Source of the DNA: Eubacteriales bacterium
Lineage (GTDB): Bacteria; Bacillota; Clostridia; Oscillospirales; CAG-272
Assembly (NCBI GenBank): GCA_045612105.1
Contig: JAZKYL010000113.1
Location: 226,099-290,098, forward strand
Length of the DNA: 64,000 nucleotides
Direction of reading: 5' to 3'
The position numbers and the translations under genes were made by a program. This document shows positions 55,956-64,000 of this stretch, piece after piece. Positions within the stretch are counted from its first letter, which is position 1. The number at the start of each line of letters is the position of its first letter. The notes under the pieces are model-generated. The model saw only the letters and a list, made by a program, of their open reading frames with translations, had not been told where the DNA came from and ran no database searches.

Positions 55956-58900
55956 ATGGCAAAGCATTATAAAAATAATAAAAACGAGCTTGACACTATT
56001 CTTGAGCAATTAAAAATATCCTATAGTACAGACTCCGCCCCCAAAACTGACGATGACTTGCTTGAAAATGTTTTATCTGAGAATGATGAGGAGCTCAACG
56101 AGATTCTAAACAAATTATTCTCGTCTGAAATTGATAATTCTTCCCTTTCTGAGCTTAGCCAAGAATCACTTGATGAAGAAAGCGTTAGTATGGAAATGAC
56201 TGCCGAAGAAAACGAAGATAATAATATTAGTCTCCAGCAAGACATTTCTCAAGTGGACGATGTGTTGGACTTGATGTTTTCGCACAAATCTGACGACAAC
56301 TCCAAGGACGCTCAGACCAAGGGCGATAGCACTACAACGCATATAGATGAAATATTTGAAGAACAGACTATCTCAACTCCGGAATACAAGTCCGAAATTA
56401 AGAAGATCGATACCGAAAAAGCATCTCCAATAATTGTGCTCTCTTCTCCGCCAATTATATCCGAAGATATTCCTGATGTTGAGATCATCGCAGATGTTGA
56501 TGTTACAGAAAACGCTGAGATCACAGAAGACGCTGAGATCACAGAAGACGCTGATATCTCGGAAAACGTTGAAATCACCGAGGACGTTGAAATCACCGAG
56601 GACGTTGAAATCACCGAGGACGTTGAAATCACTGAGGACGTTGAAATCACTGAGGACGTTGAAATCACTGAGGACGTTGAAATCACTGAGGACGTTGAAA
56701 TCACCGAGGACGTTGAAATCACCGAGGACGTTGAAATCACCGAAGACGTTGAAATCACCGAGGACGTTGAAATCACTGAGGACGTTGAAATCACTGAGGA
56801 CGTTGAAATCACCGAAGACGTTGAAATCACCGAGGACGTTGAAATCACTGAGGACGTTGAAATCACTGAGGACGTTGAAATCACTGAGAACGTTGACGTT
56901 ATAGAAAACATCAAGGAGATCGCAACCGCAGAAGATATTCATGAAATTGAAGATACTAAAGATACTATTGAGAATCCTATATTAATACTGTCCCCTACCG
57001 AATACACTTTCGATCCGCTTCAGGTCAGTCTACCTAAAATTAACAACTCACTGACTTCTTCAAAGCCAGATGATAAAATTGCCACGTCAACTCAGGGTAT
57101 TACTATAACCAAGAAATCATCTCAAAACAAATCATCATTTGATGATAACGACATCTCCCTTCTTTTGAAATTTGGTTATGATAATGAAATCAGATCAGAG
57201 GTAGGATCCGAAACCACTCAAAAAGTATTATTCGAAGCAGATAGCGAATATGTTCCCGAAAAGCTTCATGCTCCATTTGGTTTCTGTGGAAAGGAGCTTT
57301 CAAACCGCGATCAAATACCCGCTATTAAAGAAAAGTATAAAAGTAATAAGCATAATCTAATAATTTTGCTGTCAATCGTATCTTTTTTCTCTGCAACACT
57401 CCTCGCTAACACGATACTCTTTGATTTTTTTGCAAACAAGATATTAGATTATCCTCTATTGCTGATATCGGAGTTTGTACTTGTATTCACAATCGGTCTT
57501 ATAGTAATTAAAAACATTGTTAGAGGTTGGATTGGCATAATAAAATTTGAAACCAATCGCTATGTAATTCTATCGTATATATTAACTCTTTATTTAATAT
57601 ACGATTTGATTTCTCTTACAGTGTTTGTTACAGATCATACAAACATAGTAAGTCAGGATCTGGTCTTGCTTGGATTCTGTGTATCATTGTATGCGGTGAT
57701 TACGTTAGTATCAGATCTGTTCAATTGCATTAAAGAATCATCAGCATTGGATATAATTGCATCCTCTGACAAGTTATACACAGCTGAAAAGAAAAACCAA
57801 ATACCCGATATAAAAAACTGTTTCGACAAAAACAGCAATGTATTCAGAATCAGGGAAACAGGGCTAATTAATGGATATTTCAGAAAAAATTCATATTACC
57901 AGAATAATGTTAACCTTATCTTTCTTTTGGGAATAGCTCCGATCATCTCACTTACATCAAGTATTATTGTTGGAATAGTTTCAAACAGTTTAATGAAAGG
58001 TATATCGGTATTTTTCTTTGCAATACTACTTTCTGCTCCTCTGTCTTACTTATTTGTTCCCACTTTTTTTGAGTATATAGTCTCAAGTATATTTAAAAAG
58101 CAAAGAATTGCCTTTATTGGTTTGGAAGCAGCCGAAAAATATGCAAATACCGATACTCTGATCTTCTCGGACAATGACGCTATTGAAATAACCGGATTTA
58201 CCGAAATTCATCCAACAAAGCGTAATGATACAGAAGAATTATTGAGTGTTGCGTATGAAGTGTTTCACGCTCTCGGAGGTCCTCTCAACACAATAGGACG
58301 TAAAAACACTCCTGCAAAAGAATCTGACGTATCCGATCTGATAATCAATGCGATAAGCGACAACGGAATTGATATTTATTTCAATTCCGCAGTAAATATT
58401 TTGCTCGGTGATGCCGAATATCTGAATTCACACAACATAAAAGTCAAAACAGCAACTAATCTCAGTACTGCAACCAAAGGCGCAGATAAATCTGTTATTT
58501 ATATGGCTTTTGATGGTGTTCCAAAACTTGGATTTATAATTAACAGCAGAATCAAGCCTAAATTTTCAAAGTTGGCAAAAGGCCTCGAAAATTCAGGAAT
58601 TAACCTCTATATCGAAACCTATGAACCTCAAATCAATAATGCCTATTACGAAGGAAACAAATCCAATTATGATACGTCGGTCGGCATATTGAAGCCCAAT
58701 GATTACGAGAATATGTGTAACTGCAAAATGTGTGACGGTAGCATTGTGTCAACCATTGATAGTATGAATGTAGTTACGGCAATACAAGAGTGTAATAATA
58801 TTATTAAGCAACGTAAAGTAAATACGCTTGTAAACAGTTTGATGTCTACGCTTGGAATAATTATTACTGCTTTAATTTCTATTTTAGCATGTATCAAGGA

Positions 58901-59060
58901 TGTACCGCTCAGCCTTAATTGGCTTACCGCACATATTTCGAGTGTTATCACGCTTATAGTGATATTTAGTATCGTTCCCGGAATTATTACAACATTCATG
59001 TATAAAAAAAGCAAAGACAACGCATCAAAGTTGTCAAAACGGAGACCTAAAAAACAATGA
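55956..59060 (+). CDS. Large membrane protein: acidic low-complexity N-terminus plus degenerate P1B-type ATPase-like body
   Basis: TAAGGAGG RBS; TM blocks; IAFIGLEAAEKYANTDTLIFSDNDAI, ILLGDAEYL, SVIYMAFDGVPKLGFII resemble P1B P/N-domain segments, but DKTGT, TGE, CPC and GDGxND are absent. Confidence 0.6.
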   Translation: MAKHYKNNKNELDTILEQLKISYSTDSAPKTDDDLLENVLSENDEELNEILNKLFSSEIDNSSLSELSQESLDEESVSMEMTAEENEDNNISLQQDISQVDDVLDLMFSHKSDDNSKDAQTKGDSTTTHIDEIFEEQTISTPEYKSEIKKIDTEKASPIIVLSSPPIISEDIPDVEIIADVDVTENAEITEDAEITEDADISENVEITEDVEITEDVEITEDVEITEDVEITEDVEITEDVEITEDVEITEDVEITEDVEITEDVEITEDVEITEDVEITEDVEITEDVEITEDVEITEDVEITEDVEITENVDVIENIKEIATAEDIHEIEDTKDTIENPILILSPTEYTFDPLQVSLPKINNSLTSSKPDDKIATSTQGITITKKSSQNKSSFDDNDISLLLKFGYDNEIRSEVGSETTQKVLFEADSEYVPEKLHAPFGFCGKELSNRDQIPAIKEKYKSNKHNLIILLSIVSFFSATLLANTILFDFFANKILDYPLLLISEFVLVFTIGLIVIKNIVRGWIGIIKFETNRYVILSYILTLYLIYDLISLTVFVTDHTNIVSQDLVLLGFCVSLYAVITLVSDLFNCIKESSALDIIASSDKLYTAEKKNQIPDIKNCFDKNSNVFRIRETGLINGYFRKNSYYQNNVNLIFLLGIAPIISLTSSIIVGIVSNSLMKGISVFFFAILLSAPLSYLFVPTFFEYIVSSIFKKQRIAFIGLEAAEKYANTDTLIFSDNDAIEITGFTEIHPTKRNDTEELLSVAYEVFHALGGPLNTIGRKNTPAKESDVSDLIINAISDNGIDIYFNSAVNILLGDAEYLNSHNIKVKTATNLSTATKGADKSVIYMAFDGVPKLGFIINSRIKPKFSKLAKGLENSGINLYIETYEPQINNAYYEGNKSNYDTSVGILKPNDYENMCNCKMCDGSIVSTIDSMNVVTAIQECNNIIKQRKVNTLVNSLMSTLGIIITALISILACIKDVPLSLNWLTAHISSVITLIVIFSIVPGIITTFMYKKSKDNASKLSKRRPKKQ
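56565..56888 (+). repeat. 18-bp in-frame tandem repeat, 18 copies (DVEITE), with degenerate copies on either side
   Basis: gacgttgaaatcacYgaR repeated over 324 bp. Confidence 0.97.
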
Positions 59061-60913
59061 ACGAAAAACTCAATTCAATTTTAAAACAAGTATCAAAGCC
59101 CGGACGCTATTCGGGCGGAGAATACGGACAGATAATTAAAGATAAAAGCAAGATTAAAGCACGATTTGCTTTTGCTTTTCCCGACACCTATGAGATAGGA
59201 ATGTCAAATCTCGGTGTCCGCATTCTTTACGAATGCCTCAATCGTGAAGAAGACATATGGTGTGAACGCGTATACGACCCTTGGGTAGATATGCAAGAAA
59301 AAATGCGTGAGCATAATATGCTTCTTTGGGCTCACGAAAGTAAAGATTACGTTAAGGATCTCGATTTTCTTGGATTTACCCTCCAGTATGAAATGTCATA
59401 TACCAACGTATTGAATATGTTGGAGCTTTCAGGCATTCCGCTTCGTGCATCCGACAGAGACGATAGCTTCCCTTTGGTCATCGGCGGCGGCCCCTGTGCC
59501 TATAATCCCGAACCTGTAGCAGACTTTTTTGACCTTTTCAATATCGGAGAAGGCGAAAGTATGCTTGTTGAGATAGTTAAGCTATACATAAAGATGAAGG
59601 ACGAAGGCAGCTATACCAAATCCGATTTTCTTCACGAAGCGGCAAAAACTATCCCCGGTGTCTACGTTCCTTCACTCTATAACGTTACCTATAACGAGGA
59701 TGGAACCATTAAGGCATACACACCAATCTATGATGATATCCCCACCAAGGTTATCAAGCGCATCGTAGAGGATCTCGATAAAGCTCCTTTTCCCGACTAC
59801 GCAATTATGCCATATACAGAAGTAGTACATGACAGAATTATGCTTGAGGTCTTCAGAGGATGCATCCGAGGATGCCGATTCTGCCAAGCGGGTATCATTT
59901 ACCGTCCTGTAAGAGAAAAAACTCCCGATGTCCTCAATGAGCAAGCAAAATGCATTTTTGAAAACACGGGATACGAGGAAATTTCACTCGCTTCCCTTTC
60001 CATAAGCGATTATTCGGGTCTTCCAGAGCTCACCGATAAGCTTCTTGATTGGACACAAGATAATATGGTAAGCTTTTCGCTGCCATCCCTCCGTGTTGAC
60101 AGCTTTACCAAAGAGCTTATGGAAAAGGTCGCCTCTGTTCGTTCTTCATCCTTAACATTTGCCCCTGAGGCAGGCACACAAAGACTTCGAGACGTTATTA
60201 ACAAAAACGTGCTTGAAGACGACCTTATGAGAGCGGTCAACGTTGCATTTGACGCAGGCAAAACTCAGGTCAAGCTCTACTTTATGCAGGGACTTCCCAC
60301 AGAAACCTATGAGGATCTTGAGGGAATTCCTACCCTTGCAAAAAAGGTTATAGAAGCATTCTATGCAAATCCCAACAGAAACCGTGCAAAATCCCCCCAG
60401 GTCACATTCAGTGTTTCCCCCTTCATTCCTAAACCCTTCACCCCCTTCCAGTGGGAGCCCCAAGATACCCTTGAGGTCATAAAGGAAAAACAGGAATTCG
60501 TGGGCAAGTGCGTGACTGACCGAAAGATAAAGTATCAGCACCATGAGGCTGAGATCTGCCGTATTGAAGCTGTTCTCGCACGCGGAGACAGACGTTTGGC
60601 TCCGGCCCTTGAGCTTGCCTGCCGTGAAGGCTTCAAATTCGATGCCTGGAGCGAATTTTTTGATTATGATAAATGGATAAGCGTATTTGAACGTTCAGGC
60701 GTTGACCCCTCGTTTTATGCCAACAGAAGATATTCCTACGACGAAGTATTACCTTGGGATATCATCGACTGCGGTGTAACCAAAGAATTTCTTATCAAAG
60801 AAAGCAAAAAGGCACACGAGGGTGATACAACCCCAAACTGCCGCGAAAAATGCTCAGGTTGCGGAGCTAACAGACTTGGAGGTGAGAGATCGTGTTGCCC
60901 GAAAAGAAAATAA
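59057..60913 (+). CDS. TIGR03960-type B12-binding radical SAM protein
   Basis: VSKPGRYSGGE, FPDTYEIGMSNLG, RGCIRGCRFCQAG, FAPEAGTQRLR. Confidence 0.92.
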   Translation: MNEKLNSILKQVSKPGRYSGGEYGQIIKDKSKIKARFAFAFPDTYEIGMSNLGVRILYECLNREEDIWCERVYDPWVDMQEKMREHNMLLWAHESKDYVKDLDFLGFTLQYEMSYTNVLNMLELSGIPLRASDRDDSFPLVIGGGPCAYNPEPVADFFDLFNIGEGESMLVEIVKLYIKMKDEGSYTKSDFLHEAAKTIPGVYVPSLYNVTYNEDGTIKAYTPIYDDIPTKVIKRIVEDLDKAPFPDYAIMPYTEVVHDRIMLEVFRGCIRGCRFCQAGIIYRPVREKTPDVLNEQAKCIFENTGYEEISLASLSISDYSGLPELTDKLLDWTQDNMVSFSLPSLRVDSFTKELMEKVASVRSSSLTFAPEAGTQRLRDVINKNVLEDDLMRAVNVAFDAGKTQVKLYFMQGLPTETYEDLEGIPTLAKKVIEAFYANPNRNRAKSPQVTFSVSPFIPKPFTPFQWEPQDTLEVIKEKQEFVGKCVTDRKIKYQHHEAEICRIEAVLARGDRRLAPALELACREGFKFDAWSEFFDYDKWISVFERSGVDPSFYANRRYSYDEVLPWDIIDCGVTKEFLIKESKKAHEGDTTPNCREKCSGCGANRLGGERSCCPKRK

Positions 60914-61617
60914 TACCCGGCGAGAAAAAGTTCGCTCTCCCTATGCTTGAAACTCCCGAAACTGTGAGAATAAAATTCTGCAAGATCGGAAATCTTCAGT
61001 TTATCTCCCACCTAGATCTTCAAAGAACCTTCCATAGAGTCCTCGTGAGAGCAGGAATCCCTATGTGGTATACAAAGGGATTCAACCCTCACGCAAAACT
61101 TGTTTTCGGAGTTCCCCTTTCGGTTGGTACTGAGAGTATGTGCGAAATGGCAGACCTTAAGATCGAGCGCAAGATAAGCCTTGAGGCAATAAAAAATCAG
61201 CTCAACGAACAGCTGACCGACGAAATGTACGTCCTCGAGGCATATTATCCGTCAACCAAGTTTGCAGATATTGCATATGCCGACTATACAATAACACTGA
61301 GATCCCCTCACATAACCCCGGAATCCGAAAAGAGGGCAGCTGATCTCTTCTCATCGCCAATAATGATGATAAAAAAATCAAAATCCGGCGAAAAAGAAGT
61401 AGATATTACCACTTTTATCAAAAAAATCGCATTCAGAGCATCTTCCGGCGAGTTGACGATCAACACAATTCTTTCAGCGGGAAGCTCCGAGAATCTTAAT
61501 CCCGAGTATATCGTAAACGCATTAAAAAATGCGGGACTATTCTCAAGCGAAGCCGAAAACTACTACAGAATTATGAGAAATAGGGTCTACGATAAGAATT
61601 TGATGGAATTCAAATGA
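60892..61617 (+). CDS. TIGR03936/DUF2344 radical SAM-linked protein
   Basis: FISHLDLQR, YTKGFNPH, PLSVGTES, KKSKSGEKEVDI; GGAGGTGA RBS. Confidence 0.9.
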   Translation: MLPEKKIIPGEKKFALPMLETPETVRIKFCKIGNLQFISHLDLQRTFHRVLVRAGIPMWYTKGFNPHAKLVFGVPLSVGTESMCEMADLKIERKISLEAIKNQLNEQLTDEMYVLEAYYPSTKFADIAYADYTITLRSPHITPESEKRAADLFSSPIMMIKKSKSGEKEVDITTFIKKIAFRASSGELTINTILSAGSSENLNPEYIVNALKNAGLFSSEAENYYRIMRNRVYDKNLMEFK

Positions 61618-61769
61618 TTTTTGTTGTCATAATATACAAAATTAAATTCGTTTTATGTTCAAGTCTACAAAAGTTCATTTTTTCCGACAAAACCTTTGAT
61701 TTTTTATCAAAAATATGTTAAAATAAAACTAATAATACGGTTGATCCGTTATAATGGAGGACTATAATT

Positions 61770-62192
61770 ATGGCAATCAAAATGAGAGTGCTTTGCTACC
61801 CCGAAAACAAGAAGAAGCTCACCGCTATCGCAAATATGATCAAGGCTGAATATGACCTCAGCGTTAATGCTGTTGACCGTATTCCCTCCGCATATCCCTG
61901 CGATAAGGAAAGAATCGTTATTCTTGCAACCAGTATCAAGGGCAAGCTTCCCGACGATTACAGACTTTATGTAAGAGAACTTACCAAGGCAAGAGCCGCT
62001 AACGTTGCTATTATCGCTGCAGGCGACGACGCTTGTGTAGAAAGCACCAAGGCTCTTCTTACCGAAGCAGGAACCAATATCATCGACGATGTTATGAAGA
62101 TCAAGATCGGCTTCTTAGATAACAAAGTTTCTGATGAAGAAAAGGCTGATATCCTCGCTTGGGTCGAGAAGGTAAAGGCAGAGCTTAAGTAA
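61770..62192 (+). CDS. Flavodoxin-like fold protein
   Basis: 140 aa alpha/beta, AYPCDKERIVIL, DEEKADILAWV; canonical TGNT loop missing; GGGAGG RBS. Confidence 0.55.
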   Translation: MAIKMRVLCYPENKKKLTAIANMIKAEYDLSVNAVDRIPSAYPCDKERIVILATSIKGKLPDDYRLYVRELTKARAANVAIIAAGDDACVESTKALLTEAGTNIIDDVMKIKIGFLDNKVSDEEKADILAWVEKVKAELK

Positions 62193-62201
62193 TTTTTACA
62201 T

Positions 62202-62240
62202 AAAATATCCCTTGAACTTTGGGTTCAAGGGATATTTTTT
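62202..62240. terminator. Bidirectional terminator
   Basis: aaaatatcccttgaac...gttcaagggatattttt. Confidence 0.85.
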
Positions 62241-62249
62241 ATTCTATCA

Positions 62250-64000
62250 TTAATCTTCTTCGTAGATCCAAAAAGCGGGAGCGGGGATACCGTCACTATC
62301 GCAAAGATTTATATCTGTTCCAAAGTAATTTGACGCAACAGCATTATATGCAACTCCGCGAATCGCTTTCGAAGCTGTTATTGTTATCGTATCAGGGGCT
62401 GTTATCTCAACCGTGAGGTTCACCCTTGTATCCACCTTGTTCTTTTTAGCAACAGGAACAAAACCATTCACAATGTCCCCGCCGTCAGATGTCGTCAGTC
62501 CTTCGCCACAATTGGTAAATTTCAGAATTATAGTTTTGTGATCCTCACTTATCTCGTAAGAAACAAGCGTAGGACCTGCCACTTCATCCATAGTCTTAGT
62601 ACCATAAATTACAGCCTGCATAAGATCTGTAACTCTCTCCGCCTGTTCATATTTACAGTAAGGATGAATATTGTTGGTGTTCGTCTTATTATCCCAAAGA
62701 TCAGATCCAACCGCAATATAAGAATTGGAGAGTGACAAAGGAATCATTCCGGTACAAGCTCTTATTCTGCCTGTATCAAGATATTCAGGAGAATCACCGA
62801 CTTTGTATACCGAGGGAAACTCAACGTAAAACACAGGAAATTCCTTGTTGTAAATATTGTGAGTTGATCTCATATACTCCATCAAAGCGGTAAATCTTTC
62901 AACGTAAACACTGGAAAGATCAATATTACTCTCCGCCTCGCCCTGATACCAAACAATACCGGCGATAGGCATTCTCTCAAAAGGATACATATATTGGTTG
63001 TACATATATCTCGCTTCAACGTGACCGTAATGGTTGTCAATATATATTCCCTGTTCAGGGTCAAAATGATCACTTCCAAGCTGCTCTGCAAGCTCGTTGG
63101 GCATAAATACGCTGAGAGGTCTTCCGCTTGCGGAGAACTGAGAAATACCTACCGGAATACCGTTGTCAGTAAGCTCTGCGATCTGATGAGCCATCAAATA
63201 ACCAAAAGCTGATAAATGAATAACGTTTTTTTCGCTAGGAATTATCCATCCGTAATCATTTATCGCATCCTTGCAGACCTCATCGGTTCCCTTTCTGGGA
63301 TATCCAATACTCTGAGTGTTAGAATTGTAATTGTATCTGATTATCGAATTCTCACCAATAAAATCAGGAGTCCACTTTAGATTGGGCTCGGAAGCAAGAT
63401 ACTGCCCTACACTATACTGCACGTTGGACTGACCAACTACCATAAACACGTCGCCGATAAGCACGTCCTCAAAAACGTACTCAATAATAGCGTCTGCTTC
63501 GGTATTTGTCTCAATTTCTTCTTCGCTTTCTGTTTCGCTATCAAACTCGGTCACACTATCCGTTTCGGCTTCGCTATCAACTTCGGTTTCACTTTGTATT
63601 GAAAATTCCGACACAACCACTCCGGCGTATACAACGAGGTCATTACCAAGAGATGCATTTGCCTCATGTCTCTGGTAAAAGACTATTTCCCACTCTCCGT
63701 TTTCAATAAGAGCATCAGCTGTGTACCCCATAAAAGTTGCGCTGATCTTCTTGCCGTTTTCACTCTCGGGTGCCCACCCCCAAATGCGAACAAATTCGTT
63801 TCGCTGTATCACCATATCAGAATCAAAAACGTTTGATACTGTAAAATCAGAAGCGTATTCTATATCATCGCCAAGAATAAGATTTGTCTCAGGAAACGTC
63901 TCTTCATGCTCGGTTTCAGGCAAAGTCTCAGTCACCGTTTCAGTTTCATTCACAGTTTCTGTCTCTGTCTCTGTCTTTGTCTCTGTTTCAGTTACCGTAT
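62250..64000 (-). CDS. Sialate O-acetylesterase (SASA)-like protein with ET-rich linker; 5' end outside window
   Basis: VFDSDMVIQRN, GDVFMVVGQSNV, GIVWYQGEAE, NIHPYCK; frame open to window edge (TVTETETKTETETET). Confidence 0.85.
   Translation of the reverse strand, partial: TVTETETKTETETETVNETETVTETLPETEHEETFPETNLILGDDIEYASDFTVSNVFDSDMVIQRNEFVRIWGWAPESENGKKISATFMGYTADALIENGEWEIVFYQRHEANASLGNDLVVYAGVVVSEFSIQSETEVDSEAETDSVTEFDSETESEEEIETNTEADAIIEYVFEDVLIGDVFMVVGQSNVQYSVGQYLASEPNLKWTPDFIGENSIIRYNYNSNTQSIGYPRKGTDEVCKDAINDYGWIIPSEKNVIHLSAFGYLMAHQIAELTDNGIPVGISQFSASGRPLSVFMPNELAEQLGSDHFDPEQGIYIDNHYGHVEARYMYNQYMYPFERMPIAGIVWYQGEAESNIDLSSVYVERFTALMEYMRSTHNIYNKEFPVFYVEFPSVYKVGDSPEYLDTGRIRACTGMIPLSLSNSYIAVGSDLWDNKTNTNNIHPYCKYEQAERVTDLMQAVIYGTKTMDEVAGPTLVSYEISEDHKTIILKFTNCGEGLTTSDGGDIVNGFVPVAKKNKVDTRVNLTVEITAPDTITITASKAIRGVAYNAVASNYFGTDINLCDSDGIPAPAFWIYEED

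Noticed and set aside
56312-56942. Repeat region as a CRISPR array or as alternative-frame ORFs
   Set aside because: Head-to-tail 18-bp units without unique spacers, no cas genes; the alternative ORFs arise from the stop-free repeat.

Overview
Chromosomal segment of a low-GC, spore-forming clostridial bacterium (Oscillospiraceae/Ruminococcaceae-like by gene content; inference). It is mostly housekeeping (tex, T-box/thrS, pyrH-frr-uppS-cdsA-dxr-rseP-ispG-polC, dut, proC, rlmB, radical SAM pair), sporulation (spoIIID, pdaA, SpoIIM-like, Cys-rich coat-like) and carbohydrate genes (GH2, GH78, GH36, SGNH esterases, and a ThuA/SDR/2x TIM-barrel/2x Gfo-Idh-MocA cluster). The stand-out is an orphan 4.9-kb fragment of a phage-type large polyvalent protein (28048-32955). 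Each of its two AT-rich, nuclease-like variable domains is followed, inside the reading frame but on the opposite strand, by a complete small-RNA-like unit: a TTGACA-17-TGnTATACT promoter, a 10-bp closing stem starting at the 7th nt after the -10 box, internal hairpins and a U7-8 tail. I read this as a candidate undescribed 'nuclease domain + embedded antisense RNA partner' cassette (possible RNA antitoxin). Other oddities are a P1B-ATPase-like protein lacking DKTGT with an 18x18-bp repeat, a His/Cys-repeat CobW, a decayed araC duplicate, and a cohesin+dockerin protein. All family calls come from motif recognition by eye; no searches were run.
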